The notes beneath the pieces were generated by a model. That model ran no database searches. It was not told the origin of the DNA and worked only from the letters and a program-made list of their open reading frames with translations. This document shows positions 12,401-27,145 of a stretch of 64,000 nucleotides of DNA, piece after piece (the first letter of the stretch is position 1; each line of letters begins with the position of its first letter). Source of the stretch: Balanoglossus misakiensis (lineage: Eukaryota; Animalia; Hemichordata); NCBI GenBank assembly GCA_040954595.2, contig CM082589.2:3238213-3302212 (forward strand), in the 5' to 3' direction. A program made the position numbers and the translations under genes.

Positions 12401-15400
12401 ACTACCAAATATGGTCAACTTCATGCCCGTATATGGTAGCATCCCAAGGGGGTCAGCACGTAAGCAGGATGAATATATTAGACTTCGCCCACAGACTGTC
12501 TTAAATATCAGCGGCAATGATTTATAGCGATTTGATCAGTTATTTACACGATTGCGTGGTTTTATTCAAGTGTTTTAATGAAATGAAAATAACTGCACGT
12601 CTGAAAATTCTCGTGACGCTTAATCCAGAAAATATTTTTCATAGAAAGGCGATGTTGTAATTCCATAAATAGCGCAATATCTCGAAATCTGTGCGTTTTG
12701 ATAAACAGAAAGAAACAAAACGAAACACGTACAAACGTGTGTAAAGGAACCAAGCCAAGAAAATACGGGCATTGCTTGAGTCTTGAGTGGCCATATATAT
12801 GTATAACCAGCAATAAAAATGCTATATTAAGATATGGCAAATTATGTGAATTACCTGGACTGACTCGACTGTTAAAACAACTGAAAAACAAGGAGTTGTG
12901 GAAACGAAAGACGCATAATTCGGTTACCTGGGTGGCCCGAAAGAAATAAAATCGCCAGTCGCGTCTCAAGCGTATTTTGAAAATATTTAGGCTTGCATGA
13001 ACTGGTAAAAGGTATGAAAATCATGATAAAAAACTACAGCGCGCAGAGTTGTGGAAGAACGGCCGAAGTATACTGACTTACTCAACAGAAGCCAACTGCT
13101 ACTGTGACTGCAATAAGACTGGCACTTCCTCTGTTAAATTGGTTTTGTCGCACGTGTGTCGAATTATGTAAAGTATAGTGGAACTATAGACGCGCGCTGG
13201 TTCGAGAAAATGATGTATGGTTTTGACAACTGATACAGCAAAAAAGTTGTACTATTCGATTGCAGTGGGTTAGTGGTTGGTATATGGGTGGATACGGGTT
13301 TCAAAATGCGGTGTGGAATATCGTTTTCTCATTTCAAACTAAAATCCATTCCTACTGACAGTATCTCAACAGATTGCCTTTCAATGACATAATACTTTGA
13401 ATATGACATCATCAACAAATTTTCTTTACCGATTTAATTTTTTTCTCTTGCCGGGGAAGTCTGTGTCTATCTGCTTGTTTATTTTTCTGTCTGTCTGTCA
13501 CGGCCCCCTAGGCACCCAGTCGTTTCTAGGTCACCCCTGCCATTGCGGAAAGTTCTGACCCAATTCACTAATAATACTAGGAATGAAGGGGTCAACCAAT
13601 GAAAAGGTCTGGTGTCCTTTTAAGTGGAACAACTTTTTTTACACTGCACCCAGCATGTCAGCCATCTGTTCCTGATTTGACAGACATTGAAACTGGTAAG
13701 AATAGTGACGAATGTGCTGGTACATTGCTGGCATGCGCCGTTCGGCGTACAGTACGCGGTCCTTTGATTACGAAAGCAATGAAAACGACCTTACCATCTT
13801 GTGATTAACATTTGTTTTAAATTCTTGATTTGATTTTGATTGTGCACAACACAGAAAAGTACACACCCCTAGTTTGTACAGAAAAAAAAACAAGGGAAAG
13901 TTATAGATTGTTGTTATTAACGCGCGAACAAATCGATGAAAACAGAACATTCACTATGGAACCACTTATCACGTATATATATAGTACTTTCTTTCAAGAT
14001 GAATAAATGTACGTTATGTCACAGTACCACATCGAGATTACGTAAAAATACCGTGTATGGTTCGATCCGGGTAGCTGATGACCCACATTTTTCAATGATA
14101 GATGTAACATGAATTATGTATCCAGGTCACCGTCTATATAAAGACGGGAAAGTACATACAAGCCTTTTATCAACCTAGATTTACTTTGAAAATTTGCAGG
14201 GATGGAAACATTCATTATGCATGTTTTGCCCGTGAAGGATTGCAAACAATATTCGTGGCGATAAAATTTTGAGTATACCTTCACTGCATTCTCACTTAGA
14301 TATGTTCAAACGGATTTTTGGAAATGTTCCGGATTAGGCCTAGATTAGATTGGGTTATGTTAGATTAGATTAGTGTGGAGCGATTCTATAATAATTGAGT
14401 AGTTGAAAATACTAATTTAGTCCCAGGAAGATGTTAAAAGATAGAACAGATCGACCTTCATTCAGGCGAGATAAAGAGAGACCTACTTTTGGGGGTCGCA
14501 TAACAGGTGATAAATTTTATTGCATTAGCCATTAGCGGCCGCCATGAATGGGACGCTCCGACAGGGCACAGTATCCTCAGAAGCTTCCCGAACGAGAACA
14601 TAAACCGGAGCCAGCTTGTAAAGAACCACAGCATAAATTAGAATTAACGTGAACACGCTGCGGTTTTCCCGATGTTCTGCAAACACGCAATAAACCGTAG
14701 GCCGCCTCCGCCGAGCAGCGCAAAACTCGTACAGAATGTAGGTCATTGCGATCTGTCGTTCACATCCGGGGTCGCAGAAAAACAGCGCGGGCCAAAAGAG
14801 ACACTACACGCGTGAAAAATTGCTCAAATTTCTGACAGTGGCACCTTGTTGCGTAAAGGGGACGTTGTCCACAATATTTATATGGCGTCATGTCGGATTT
14901 GTTGATTTTCAGAAATGCTGGTCGCTGTTGTGCTACAAGCGCAGCGGCACCCCTGGGAGAAAATGCGATGGAGAACCATTCGCACTTTCACGGCCGAAGA
15001 TTTGAGGTCAGATTGTAAACAAAAGGGATCCACACGCTAAACACCCGTTGCGCAACGGTGGATAACGGGTAGTCTCTACCCACAATAAACCTGACAGAAA
15101 ATTATGTCACTTGTGTTGTTTTTTTTCTTTTTTGTCAACTGCGGAGTTAAAGTGGTCCCCATAGAGTTGCAGGGATTATCGGCGCGGTCAGCTGATCGCC
15201 AGCTGATCGTTAAGAGCCCAGCTGATTGTGCGCACAATAGATGTTATTTTCGCGAGGCCTAAAGCGCGCTTTTGACATGGAAATGAGGACCCCATTTGAA
15301 ATCAATCAAGGGTGACGGAAAAACACCCCCACGTGAGGGCAGGGCGTAATTACCCTGAAAGAATCCCAGCAAAACAGGGAGAGTTTTTTTCAAGAGTTGC

Positions 15401-15568
15401 TACACGCACAATCAGCTGATTTTTGACAAAGGACCCGCATGCATCACGGTCACACTGAGCTTCTCCGAGGGACGTATTTATCGGCCGGTATCTATTGCCT
15501 CTTGGCATATTCTCTCCAGTGTCCCCGATATGTACAAAAGAAATCACAATTTCGTCAGACACCTTGAT

Positions 15569-15653
15569 TTCATTCATTCATTCATTCATTCATTCATTCA
15601 TTCATTCATTCATTCATTCATTCATTCATTCATCCATCCATTCATTCATTCAT
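15569..15653. repeat. (TTCA)n microsatellite
   Basis: Read directly from the sequence. Confidence 0.98.
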
Positions 15654-15848
15654 CGTGGATTGAGGGGATTTAAAGACAAGCACGTCATGTGATTTTCATT
15701 AAGTTTTTGTGAGGTAATCAATAACGGTAAATACGGGGTTTATCTCTTTTGTCTAGCTTTCAATCAGTTACGGTGACACTTGGCACTTGGCGTTGGGAAA
15801 CTCTTCCTAATTTGCATGATTGATAAACAAGCCCAAAACGACTGCTTT

Positions 15849-15849
<1 letters not shown>

Positions 15850-15922
<73 letters not shown>
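15850..15922. repeat. (CT)n microsatellite
   Basis: Read directly from the sequence. Confidence 0.98.
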
Positions 15923-15924
<2 letters not shown>

Positions 15925-17052
15925 GAGGGCGTCTCCGTATAGCAGGTTGTTACTCCGAAGTCAAGAAATCTTCCGACCACACAAGTCACATTCATCGCTT
16001 TATTGATGCGAAAGGTTTCTCCTCCGGTTGAAGAAAATCCCTTTTCTCCGAGCATTTAAAACGCCTCAAAAGGCTCAATGATTCTAGGGCAGATGCGTAA
16101 ACAGTCATCACCTTTGATCTTTTAGAACATCACAGGCGAAGTCTGTCAAGGACAAATTTGCTGGCAACGGACCCGAAATCCGCCAAAATGTGTATGATTT
16201 GTATGCATTGCAGGTTTTTGTATCCAGGGGTTTCACAGATGGTCCGATCAACATAATTATTTCAGGGTAAAGGTCGAAGAAAATCGGAGTAAACAACTTC
16301 GAGGGGAGATTGAAGGGGTAGTTACCATGGGGATCAGAAAATGACAGCGCGCGCGGAAGGGCTTAATAGTGAACAGCTGATTCAGTCTTCCGGAGACAAT
16401 TGCGCATTGCACTTTCTAAAGGAGTCGTTAGCTTTTTTTTTCTCAGCGGAGTGTTCGGCGCGGAGAAACGATATATCTTCTACAATGCACTCTAAGGTTT
16501 CAAATTAACCGTGCTGTTTATATATGGGTCAGCTCGTTATGCGAAACCCCTTCTTTCGAAGCAGAAATACCTCTCTGAAATCATTCCAAACTGCTTGGAT
16601 TACACAGAACCAGATATCATTAGAACCCGAAATCTAGATGCACGTTTGAACTTGGGTTCGAGAGAAAAGTCAGCAAATACGAGAATGATTGGCGTGCACA
16701 TGGTGACATTTAGTACCTGATTCTCCCGCCAAGAGAAAACTCAGTTGCATACAGGGTTCCCTATACATGTAGTACAGTAATATTAGTTGCGTAGCAGAAG
16801 AAAAAAGTGGGGCTTAATATTCTCTTAAAGACACCAAATCACACATACTGCATAAGCTAACTTTTACGTGTCATGTTTACTGAAAACGAGCGCTTTTGCT
16901 ATTTAAGAATCACACACGACTGATTTTTTGGTCAATCTCCCGTTGATACGTGAAATGTAAGAAGAAATCAATGCCTGGGGTCACTGTCCTGCGCGTAATA
17001 TTCAAGGTGCATTATGGGTATTTAACAGAGGAACGGTTACTATGTGGTTAGT

Positions 17053-17297
17053 GTATGTATGTATGTATGTATGTATGTATGTATGTATGTATGTATGTAT
17101 GTATGTATGTATGTATGTATGTATGTATGTATGTATGTATGTATGTGTGTATGTATGTATGTATGTAGGTATGTATGTATGTATGTATGTATGTATGTAT
17201 GTATGTATGTATGTATGTATGTATGTATGTATGTATGTATGTATGTATGTATGTATGTATGTATGTATGTATGTATGTATGTATGTATGTATGTATG
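17053..17297. repeat. (TATG)n microsatellite
   Basis: About 245 bp with two interruptions; explains the spurious YVCM/HTYI ORFs. Confidence 0.98.
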
Positions 17298-20200
17298 TCG
17301 TCGAATTTTTGAGTGGTCCCTTCATTGCGAATGATGGAGTTGTTTTGCAAGATGGCAATCGCTGCTGTCATTTAAAGGACGATGGCCCCGATCGATTACT
17401 GGATTACTCGACCACTCTGCGGTTGATACGAATCATTATCAATTTCCGCCTCTCCATATAATCAGTAAACACCGTTGAGTGAGCACCCCTCGAACGGCGA
17501 ATTCTGACCCCTTCACAAAATCTGCATACGCGACCTCAGTGGTTTCTGGGTCAATCATACACGCCCGGCGTAAATAAGACAACAGAATATATATTGCTGC
17601 TTGAAGTAGCGAATGTCAAATATGTTTGCCGTTTGATGAAATATGGCGGAATGAAATATCAAAAGTTATCATGATTGATTGGCCCGCTCGCGGTTGGGGC
17701 GTATTAAGGATAGCCGACGAGAAATACTTTTATTCGGCTCCGATAGTGTGACGTCACTTTCGAGCATTCGAGAGCGACAGAGAAGTGAAGGAAATGACAA
17801 GGTGTCGATACCAAAGTGTTTCTAAACTTGATTAAGAAGTCAAAAGTGGCTGGTTGAATGAGAGCTCCTCAAATTGGACAAAGTACCTGGTGATTAAGCG
17901 CTGATATTTAAAGGGTATGACTCATAGAAACTCTCCCAGCCCCCCCACCACCACCACCACCACAACTGCCTACTCCAACGCTTTTCAGAGCGTTCTTCAA
18001 AACTGATCCCTGAACAACTGATTCGGCATAATATCACGACCACGACAAACAAGTCCGTAATTTCCCTGTAAGTTCAACTTGAACTCGAAGGAACGCAGAA
18101 CAAAACACTCAGCCACCAAAGTGGGGAAAAAGTTGTCAATTATGGACCCAAACGTCCTTCATAAACGCGGAAACACTTTTTGTTTTCTACACAGCCTGAC
18201 AAAAATGAAAGTGCGGTTCATCAGGCCTCGTACCGTATCCCCGTACCTTACTCAGTCTGTTACCTCTGGACAGTGGACTCGCCCGTAAAACAAACTCCCT
18301 ATTTGGACCAACCTATAAGCACATCAACTCTTGTTGCTTCCTATTTAATTATCGTCATCACTATCACTGCTATCATCGCAATTCGACACACGTGTACCTA
18401 AGAACTTGCATACAAACTGTATTCACACAAACCATTGAAAAAAAAGGCCAGTCAAGTTTTCCCAACAGAAGAAACAGAGGCGCCCGGACGCTAACAAACA
18501 AAGCCATCAATTCACGCGAACGCGATAACAGAAATGTAAAGTGATTCGCTGAGTTGCGGAAGAAGGCATATTTTGCCATTCCGAGGGACGAGTTCCTGCG
18601 ACGGAATGTTTGTCATGCGTATGACATTACAAATTACAAGGGTGTTAGTTTGATAGCGGCTTATAAGCTGTGCCCTGATCCAGGATCGGTGTTTTTACAC
18701 AGAGATATTTCTGCGCTCACTATACAGTGTGAATGGACGCTACAGAAATGAAAACCATATCACTGATGCGAAGCCCCCCCCCCCCTCAAAAAATTAAAAA
18801 TAAAACAGATGGCATTGCATGCCTTCCAGCGCCCAATACCACCATGCATAAAGAGGACCATAATTGCATTTGCATAATAAGGCGTTAATTGCGGTGTTAA
18901 TTGATTGCACGGATTCGGAGTGGCGCTTGGAGGGATGGGTGGCGTACTTTAGCACACATCATGCATATTAGCGCTGCTAAACACGTGAGCCATGTGCAAC
19001 ATGTGAAAAACAACTTTTCAAGGCCGCAGCATTAAGGAGGGTCCCCTCGATGCGAAATTTGACGCTTCTCCCTCCCCGGACTGTCAGTGATGTTTTTGAT
19101 TTGGTCACACAATGCGTGCAAGGAGGAATATGCACTTCACTGATTCTCTAGAGCTAGTTGGAATCAAGCCAACTCTTGCGGCTGTTTGGGAAATTTATGC
19201 CATAATACACCAACAAGTGCGCTTTCTGGAACAACATGCGCAAAAAAATTGCGGAGTCAGCACTTTGGGCCCAGGTTATTTTTATCGGTGGCGCAAGCGC
19301 GCTAAAGCCTATATGAGCGCTTCGCCTGATTACGTAACGTGTGCGAATGTGATGTCATATTATTTGCTGGGCACTGCAAAAGAAAAGAACAACAAAACAA
19401 AATGTCCACTTTTTCCACCGATTTCAAAAAGTAGGCCAAGCTACTTTCTGGTGGCGACCCACCTTAACGGGATATTTTTATCTTGCCAGGCAACAGCGCA
19501 GGGTAGGTGGAAGTGGCCATATAGAATTACGTGCAGCTGGGGTCGATTTTTTTTTTTGACCAGGGATCCTGCAAAGGTTGCTTAACCCCTCTTGATAAAT
19601 TCAGCGTGTTTATTGCTCCAAATAGTAGAAACGTAGAAAACAGCTGATGACCCCCCCAAATGGAGTCAAGGTCACGATATTTTCCATCCTAGCATATTTT
19701 CACAAATAAAAGTGAAAGGTGTTGATGTATGCCTGTCAGAGTTTCTACCGAAGGACTTCGCGAACTTGGACGACGGGGAGTTCCCCCAAGGTCGCTGTGG
19801 AGGTGATGATTTCTAAAGCAAACCCCGATGAAACCGATTAACAGAATAAATTGGCTTATATACGAGGCTAAATGTGAAATAAATATCAGCTCCTGCCTTG
19901 CCAAAATAGTCCCTTATTGTATCACGCAGGAAAAAATGCAACTTTTGTGCAAAGCACTTGGTATCTTTCCACACTGTTATCTACCAAGGTGTCGTCTTGG
20001 AATTCTTGTCGAATGTTTCAGAATTCCACAACAAACTGGAAAGGTTGTTTGCGATTTTTTTAGTTTTCACATCAAAAATGATCAACAGAATGTAGGTCAT
20101 ATTCGCCGTAAATGAGTTCTCTCATCCGGGTTTTTGGCAATGTGCCTGCGCGAATAAAAAATGGCCGGTAAACACATGTGATGACGATAGAACAAGAGCC

Positions 20201-20782
20201 CCATTCATTGCAGATGAAGCCATACAGGCACCGAGAAAAACATCGTTGCAACTACAACCAGATTCGATCAACCAGTAACACCGCTAATATATCCGCGCAT
20301 CCGCTCTTTCTTCGCCAACCTTTTTTGCTGATCAAATAACAAAAAACTGAGATATTTGACTTCGCATTTCACGACAAACTGCTTAAATAAAGACCGAAAC
20401 TCGCTCTGCGTGTCCGGCTGCCTGAAACAATACATCCCATGCAGTTTATTGCCCCTCTACCGTATTCGGTTGTATCCCTGTTTTCAATGTACACTGCACT
20501 TTATTGCTCGAATAAATCACGTGACATATGCTATTTTTGGTAAATGTCACTCCAAGCAAGAAAAGTAGAGCACAATGCTAGGCAGGATGATACGGTTATT
20601 TTACGTGAGATTTTCCTAGGGATAAAAAAATACCCCAACATTTTCCACGTTTTCAACTGCACGAAAGGGGAGGGAGATATAAAGAGAGATACGAAATGGG
20701 ACAACTTTCATCTTTTATCCAGGGATTGAAATAATGTAAGGTCAAGGACGAATCAGACGGAAGCGCAGATTGTACAAAGGTA

Positions 20783-21050
20783 TTAAGGTAATAGGCACCT
20801 CGCGGACACTTTTACTCAGAAATATGGCATTCGCAAAGCGGATAAGAATCCTTTTGAAAACAAAGACGAAATATGGGTGTTCACCATCTTGTTTAAAGTA
20901 GTTAATATTGAGATTTGAATTTCAAATTTGAGATATGCTCTCTCGTTCAAGCATTTGCACGGTGACACCATTTCTATTCTCGATTTTAAGACAAAATAAT
21001 CCAAAGCAGTATTAAGCAAAACATGAGAAAACTTGATTTTCGACGTGCCT
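20783..21050. mobile_element. Possible degenerate non-autonomous DNA element (MITE-like)
   Basis: Begins TTAAGGTA..GCACCTCG, a terminus typical of TTAA-flanked MITEs; only partial complementary termini at ~21040 or ~21322. No second copy in the window. Confidence 0.3.
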
Positions 21051-23802
21051 GGGGATTGTGGGAAGACGCCCAATGGTTGAGTTTTATAAAAAAAAAAAAG
21101 AGGAAATGCAACGTGGAGCTTGAGCTTTCCCGCACCGTGCACCCAAGCACATAACTAGGTCATCCATCCATTCAGATATGAAATATGTGTTCAATTAGAA
21201 CGAATTTTCGTTTGATATCGGCACTGCGTGTCTGATATCAGTATATCACACGATAATGGCGCTTCGCGTTTGCCGCCCTCTGTGATATCCACGTCAGCTG
21301 CAAGCCAGGGCTGCAAGTGTTCGAGGCGCGAATATAGGACCTACCCCCAGCCTGTCGTCTGCCACCTACAAAAGTCGATATTTCGACACACACTTCATAT
21401 TATTTGCGTTAATTTTAGAAAAAAAGACGCCCCTTTTTGTGTGCAATGCGTCTTAAGAACGGTTAAAGCGCAATTTACGCACACCTCTGCATTTACTTGA
21501 TTTTAATTATCCCACACACGGTGACCTCGATGAACTGCAGCGATACCTGAGCAAATATTGAACAGACCGTATCTCTACCATGTCTTGGAGAGCAAATACT
21601 GTTAACATGATATCTCGTAACGCGGCGTTTTCGCACGGCGTCGCACACAGCGAGATTTCTCACTGACAGGCCGCGACGGGTTAAAACCACCGCCGTTAAC
21701 GTGAACCAGTAATGCTACACTGGAACCACAAATAATCGTAAATACCATTTTGCCAATTTTTAATGTTATTTATCAGGATTTCGGCCCAACTTGTTGCAGC
21801 TGCACAGTTTGAAATCGTGCTGGTCAATGAACCCTAGAAGGGGAGTTCCTCTGCCTCACGCATGCGCACGTGCGAAAAGGACAGTCACCCCTTTCAACGA
21901 TAAAAAATCTCTAAGTGCGTGCTTCGCATCGTTTCATATCTGCTGCGGGTACCGCGAGTCATCTCTACTACCTGCTGTTAATTTAAAATAATTTATTACG
22001 GTCAAGCACCCCTGAAGCCACTCTGTAGCGGATATGGATCTTTCTCATTAGTACATACTCGTGTGATCGACATTTTTCAGTTAGATGTAAATCTGTGTAT
22101 TAAAGTCCGAACCGGGTGTGGGCTTATCCTGTCAGGGTCTTCGACCAGGGCGTACACTCGGCGTTGCCACGCACCGTCATTACAGCAAAGGACTATGCAC
22201 TCTAACGAAGCTGAGCTCGCGAAAGTACCGCTGTCACTGATTCGGAAATAAAGGGATGAAAGTGAAGAGGGTCTCGCATAAAATCGACGACAGTAGAGCT
22301 TTATCAGCTCTGTGACACAGTCAGTGGCTTTGTGGCCACGAGTAACACCGCATGCTGTTTTTACCAAAAAGTACTAATATCATCATAAAAACAAAAAAAT
22401 GTACACCAGATAAAAAGTGTTACATGGTAGGGCTGGGGTGTGTATTTTAAAAGTGGTAACTGTACTTGTTTTCAATTTCAGGGCGAACTCACTTCATTGC
22501 CTGGTTGTAAAACAAACATAAACAACCGGTAATTATATTTTAAGTACGACAACCCCGTCATGTGAACCAACAATATCAAAATATTGTGGTCAATATCAAC
22601 AGATGGGCAAAATAGAAAAATAAAGGACAGTATTTGGCACCGCTTCAAAACTTGCGATTTGCAGGGTGACCTTGAAAGCTAGTGGTGGAAAGACCACGAT
22701 CTTTCAACTTTGAATTACGAGAAAATGCTTCCGTAAAAACAACTTGTTGACTATCCCGCTTAACAAATACACGTGTACACGTGCCTTGGACAACACTATA
22801 CGTTGTGTATCATCAATCTTGGGGGGAATGATGACGCAGTAGGCAAGAAAAGTGTTTGTGGGATGGATCTGAACTTGAGCGATGACGTCATACATGTACA
22901 TGTATCTGGGGCGTTGTTTACAACAACTACTGCTGCTGATACAAACACATGGCCACCTGTGCGCATCGAAATGAACGGGCGCTTTCCAGGAAAAACAGTA
23001 AAAGCAGATCAGAGCCATATGGTGGATTATTTTTATAACTATGCATCCACTTTCCCATTGAAAAGACTTAAATATTTATGACACGGAAAACTAACTAGGT
23101 TTTTGGTACACCAAACTGCCACGCCTGCGATCGCGACCTAAAATAAGATTTTTGAAAATTACCACGGCCCTGAAAATAATACTTTTCCCCAAGGGCATGT
23201 CATCAAACTAGATACATGTAAAGCGGGTCAATCATTACCCTCCACCGGAAATTCGGTGTAAAAAGTACAACTACAAAAGTCACAACCGTAACTAATCTTT
23301 GACATCGTCCTTGCCAGAGTTTCTGCACATCATAAACAACACTGACGCAGTGTGTCAATCTTGTTTATGTTGATGTGAGAGGTTCTCCTTCGAAATGTGT
23401 GTCAGGAGAGATCAAACTACACGTTCATTGTCCTTTGACCCCTCAAGGCATCCAGGAAAAGAAATTGAACTGATAAATAATCCACAAATCACTTCAATGA
23501 AAGTCATTCATTCATTCATTCATTCATCCAGTCATCATCAGTACAACATTTGCTGGGCTAGGAATCTTTGTTTTCTTATGTGCGTATGCCCAGTCAGGTC
23601 ACAGCAAACACCGTACCGGCGCTCGAAATAAAAATCTTACTGTTCATGTAGTTGATGTGGTTGTGAAATGATCTCACAGTAAATAAAATTAATGTCAAGT
23701 CACCAACTAAACTGGTAAACTTGTGAATGAACAACGTAAAAATACGCGTTAAGACACGAATTGTGCATTCAAGTACGGATTAAATTACCCTCGCATAACA
23801 GC

Positions 23803-23874
23803 TCCCATATGGTCTAGTGGTTAGGATTTGGCGCTCTCACCGCCAAGGCCCGGGTTCAATTCCCGGTGTGGGAA
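23803..23874 (+). tRNA. tRNA-Glu, anticodon CTC
   Basis: 72-nt cloverleaf: acceptor stem TCCCATA/TGTGGGA, A-box TGGTCTAGTGG, anticodon arm TGGCG-CTCTCAC-CGCCA, T-arm CCGGG-TTCAATT-CCCGG; Pol III terminator TTTTT at 23882-23886. Confidence 0.97.
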
Positions 23875-26504
23875 GACTATCTTTTTCTTCCCCTCTCAAA
23901 CTTTTTTTCCTGCACCAATTATTTCCTATCTCCTGAAATTTATATTTATTTCACCTCTTTTATCACTTTTCATTATTAAATATTTTATTTTCATGTTTAA
24001 GTGATTAACTAAACATCGCGTAGCATATGTACACAGTTGTTTCAACTTTTCCACGCGCGCTTCACAACAATTTTGACAACCAAGTTAAACTGTAAAATAG
24101 CCAAATTTCTGAAATGCCAACACTAAACATCTGTTCTTAAACAATAATATATTATGCAAAAATATCAAGATATGATCATCATGTATTAATATTTAAACTC
24201 GCAGAAGTTCATCACGGACGCGCTCACACTGCTACCGTCTAGTGGTGATTTTTTTACGCCACGCGGCCGCCACTTGCGATTTTTACGTCTTTGACCGTTA
24301 CACAACTGTTCTTAAAACACACAAACACGCAACAGAGTTTGTTGATCAACATCCTGGGTGTTATGTTTCGTCACCCTGGCTCAGGTGTGTTTTGGAGCCG
24401 GGGTCGGGGCGTGAATGACTGTCGTGTAAGTATACACACGCCTGTCATTCAGCGTCTTCAAGATTCGGCCTTGACGCGACTTGTACGTCGTCAGCTATAG
24501 AGTTGGGGAAACTATCACAAAGCCGTGACGAACACGAGGTTTGAGTGGGATGCAGAAGTAAAAAAAAACACCCCAACTCAAGACTATTACAATAAACAGC
24601 CTGAAGTGTCGCTTTACCTGATAAAACACCTACTTGTAAGAGATTTCCTGTTATGCTACCAACAATTCTCTCAGCGCGGTTATTGCTGTCAGTGTGTATA
24701 GAGGGGATTGAAATCATGTTTGTTGCGCTTCAATGTGCTTAGCAGTCTATGAAAAGTTGTCCAAAACGGATATCTCAATAGGTAGACCTACTCATTTCTG
24801 AAGTTGAACAATATACGTAGAAAAGATTTTCGAAATTTTGGTGAAATTAAAACGCAATTGCCATGGAGACTGTTTCCACAATTCTAACTGATATACAGGT
24901 GATATTCGATTTCCGGTTGGTCAACCCGAGTCCGAAATTAAGTGCTGAACACTCCACAATATCTACATCAACTGACATAAGCTCCACACAACTATTTCAT
25001 TGAGCAAAACAAACTGTTTACAATCGGAATATCAGTTGAACAACCCCCCGTACACAAAGCTCACGACCCCCAGGACTTGCTGTACATAAACATCCAAGCT
25101 ATTGATATGCATATTTAGTGATGTACACATGTATAGTTATTAATCAAAGACCCACTGGAACTGCACGCCACTTTTGTGCTGAACTTTGCCTTACAACCAT
25201 AAAAGCGTGGAAAAAAATTGCAAACACGTGCAGAAAGGTCGTTATTTCCGCCTGAGGTGACATGTGCTTACGGGTGATAGATAGACTTTTAAGATTTAAT
25301 AAACAACATAATGATCAGCTATAACTTGCAGAGGAACCAACGTTGTGGGTAACCAGTGGGTCATGGGTCACTATATATCTAGCCATTTAGAATAGCCTGT
25401 TGCTATTTTAACTGTCGCTTAAGCGTAATACAATGTAATATTGGAGAATTTAACAACGCTATAACCATGTTATAGTTGTGTCGCGGTCACCGAAAGGACA
25501 AAAGTCGCTCATTTTCACATAATTGTGGTTATCATAGTTTCTCGCGTGTAGTTCTGCTCACTGAAATGTGCCCAATGAATTCATTGCGAATTCTCAACCA
25601 AACAAAACAAGTGAAACTGTTAATTGCAAGGCACGCTTATTCATAGAGCCTTCAGACACCCTGTGCTGTTCATTGGAAAAGCTTTTGTATACACACCACG
25701 TACTTATAGCCAGGTAAATTTTGCGTATGCCTTACAGATTACCACATCACGCGAGGGTTTTGCGCCGTGTTGTTGTAAACAGACCTTGTTTCATTATCCC
25801 CCTCGACAAAAGCCCCCTAGCTGCATGCAACTGATGTGGAAAGCACTGTTTTCAGGTGAAGTGGTTCTTCACAATAATCCCTTCCAGGCATGAAGCAGCG
25901 TTTACAGGAAAGACGAAAAATGTTGAGTCAGATGTGACAGGTCAATGACCTCTCAGCTGCAGAACAACGCTATGCGTACTTCGTCTAGAATCTGAGGCGG
26001 GCTGGCGTTTAGACTAATCTGAACGTACTGAACGCATACTCATGATACTAGTACATATGGCCTAATGGCACGATAAATCAACTTGCCTTTGAACACATGC
26101 GCACATTATGCGCACCAAATATGGCGAAGTGACGTACTCGTCACGCTCATTAAATCTATGCTGTGCTGCTTTTCACGTAATATGGTTTAGACCCATATTT
26201 AAAAGCTTCAGCTGTACGTTTTGGCCATTTCATTTTCTTATTGTACTCTCTATTATATGTTAAAAATTACCAAGTATTGCGTCTCAAAAGATTCAAAAGA
26301 TGTGGCTTTTAGTGTGTCTTAAACATAAGTAAACTTCCGTATTCTGGGTTGATTCGGTCTCACTTCCCTTTTCATTTATTGGAGATGTTGAACAAATGGG
26401 CGAACATGAAGGGAAACAGTCTTTGCTCGACGCGATTGGAACCATGTTGGGATAATTGCAAGCGAAAACATCTTGTGTCGACCATCTCGTTTTCCTTCTG
26501 TGCG

Positions 26505-26590
<86 letters not shown>

Positions 26591-26632
26591 GTGATGAGGA
26601 GGAGGAGGAGGAGGAGGAGGAGGAGGAGGAGG
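26505..26632. repeat. Compound microsatellite (GAT)n(GAG)n
   Basis: Read directly from the sequence. Confidence 0.98.
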
Positions 26633-27145
26633 CTTTTATAAAACTGTCTCGACGGGACGGTCGTGACTGCATTGGCGTGGCGACATGTGACTTTATATCA
26701 CATGCCACAGGTCTTCTTTAGCAGAGTGCATCGAACTTTAACATTTAATACAGATTCTGCGCGAGCAAGTATTATGATCAGATTCAAAGCCTCGCTGCAG
26801 GAGTCATTGCCCTGCCTTCACTAACAGCTGCAAAGAACACGAGTGTCACTCAGAGAGAATGACCCACATATATCATCAATTCAAAGTCAACAGCGGATGT
26901 TCGTTTGTTAATTTATGCCCCCAACAGCGAAAGGTGGGCGCCCATACCTTGAGATACTAACTATATTTAATGAACGAAAATTCGGGATTGCGAAGGGGTT
27001 GTTGACTTGCATGAAATCATACCCGAACCTATAGGTGAATGACACCAGTGGTCGATAGAGAGAGAGAGCTGCTCCTAACTAGAAATCGAAATGTGCATTT
27101 CGTGGTATGAGAGAGACGCAGACAGACAGATAACAAGATTGAGGG

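Noticed and set aside
12380-12455. Three ATATGGT sub-repeats suggesting a transposon end
   Set aside because: No convincing partner terminus; the best candidate (~11533) matches only 13 of 18 nt.
14059-14068. B-box-like GGTTCGATCC
   Set aside because: No A-box or cloverleaf; not a tRNA or SINE head.
24643-24654. FOX:ETS-like ATAACAGGAAAT on the minus strand
   Set aside because: Single short match, plausible by chance without conservation data.
25626-25640. AAGGCACGC resembling miR-124
   Set aside because: Only the 5' part matches and no precursor hairpin is evident.
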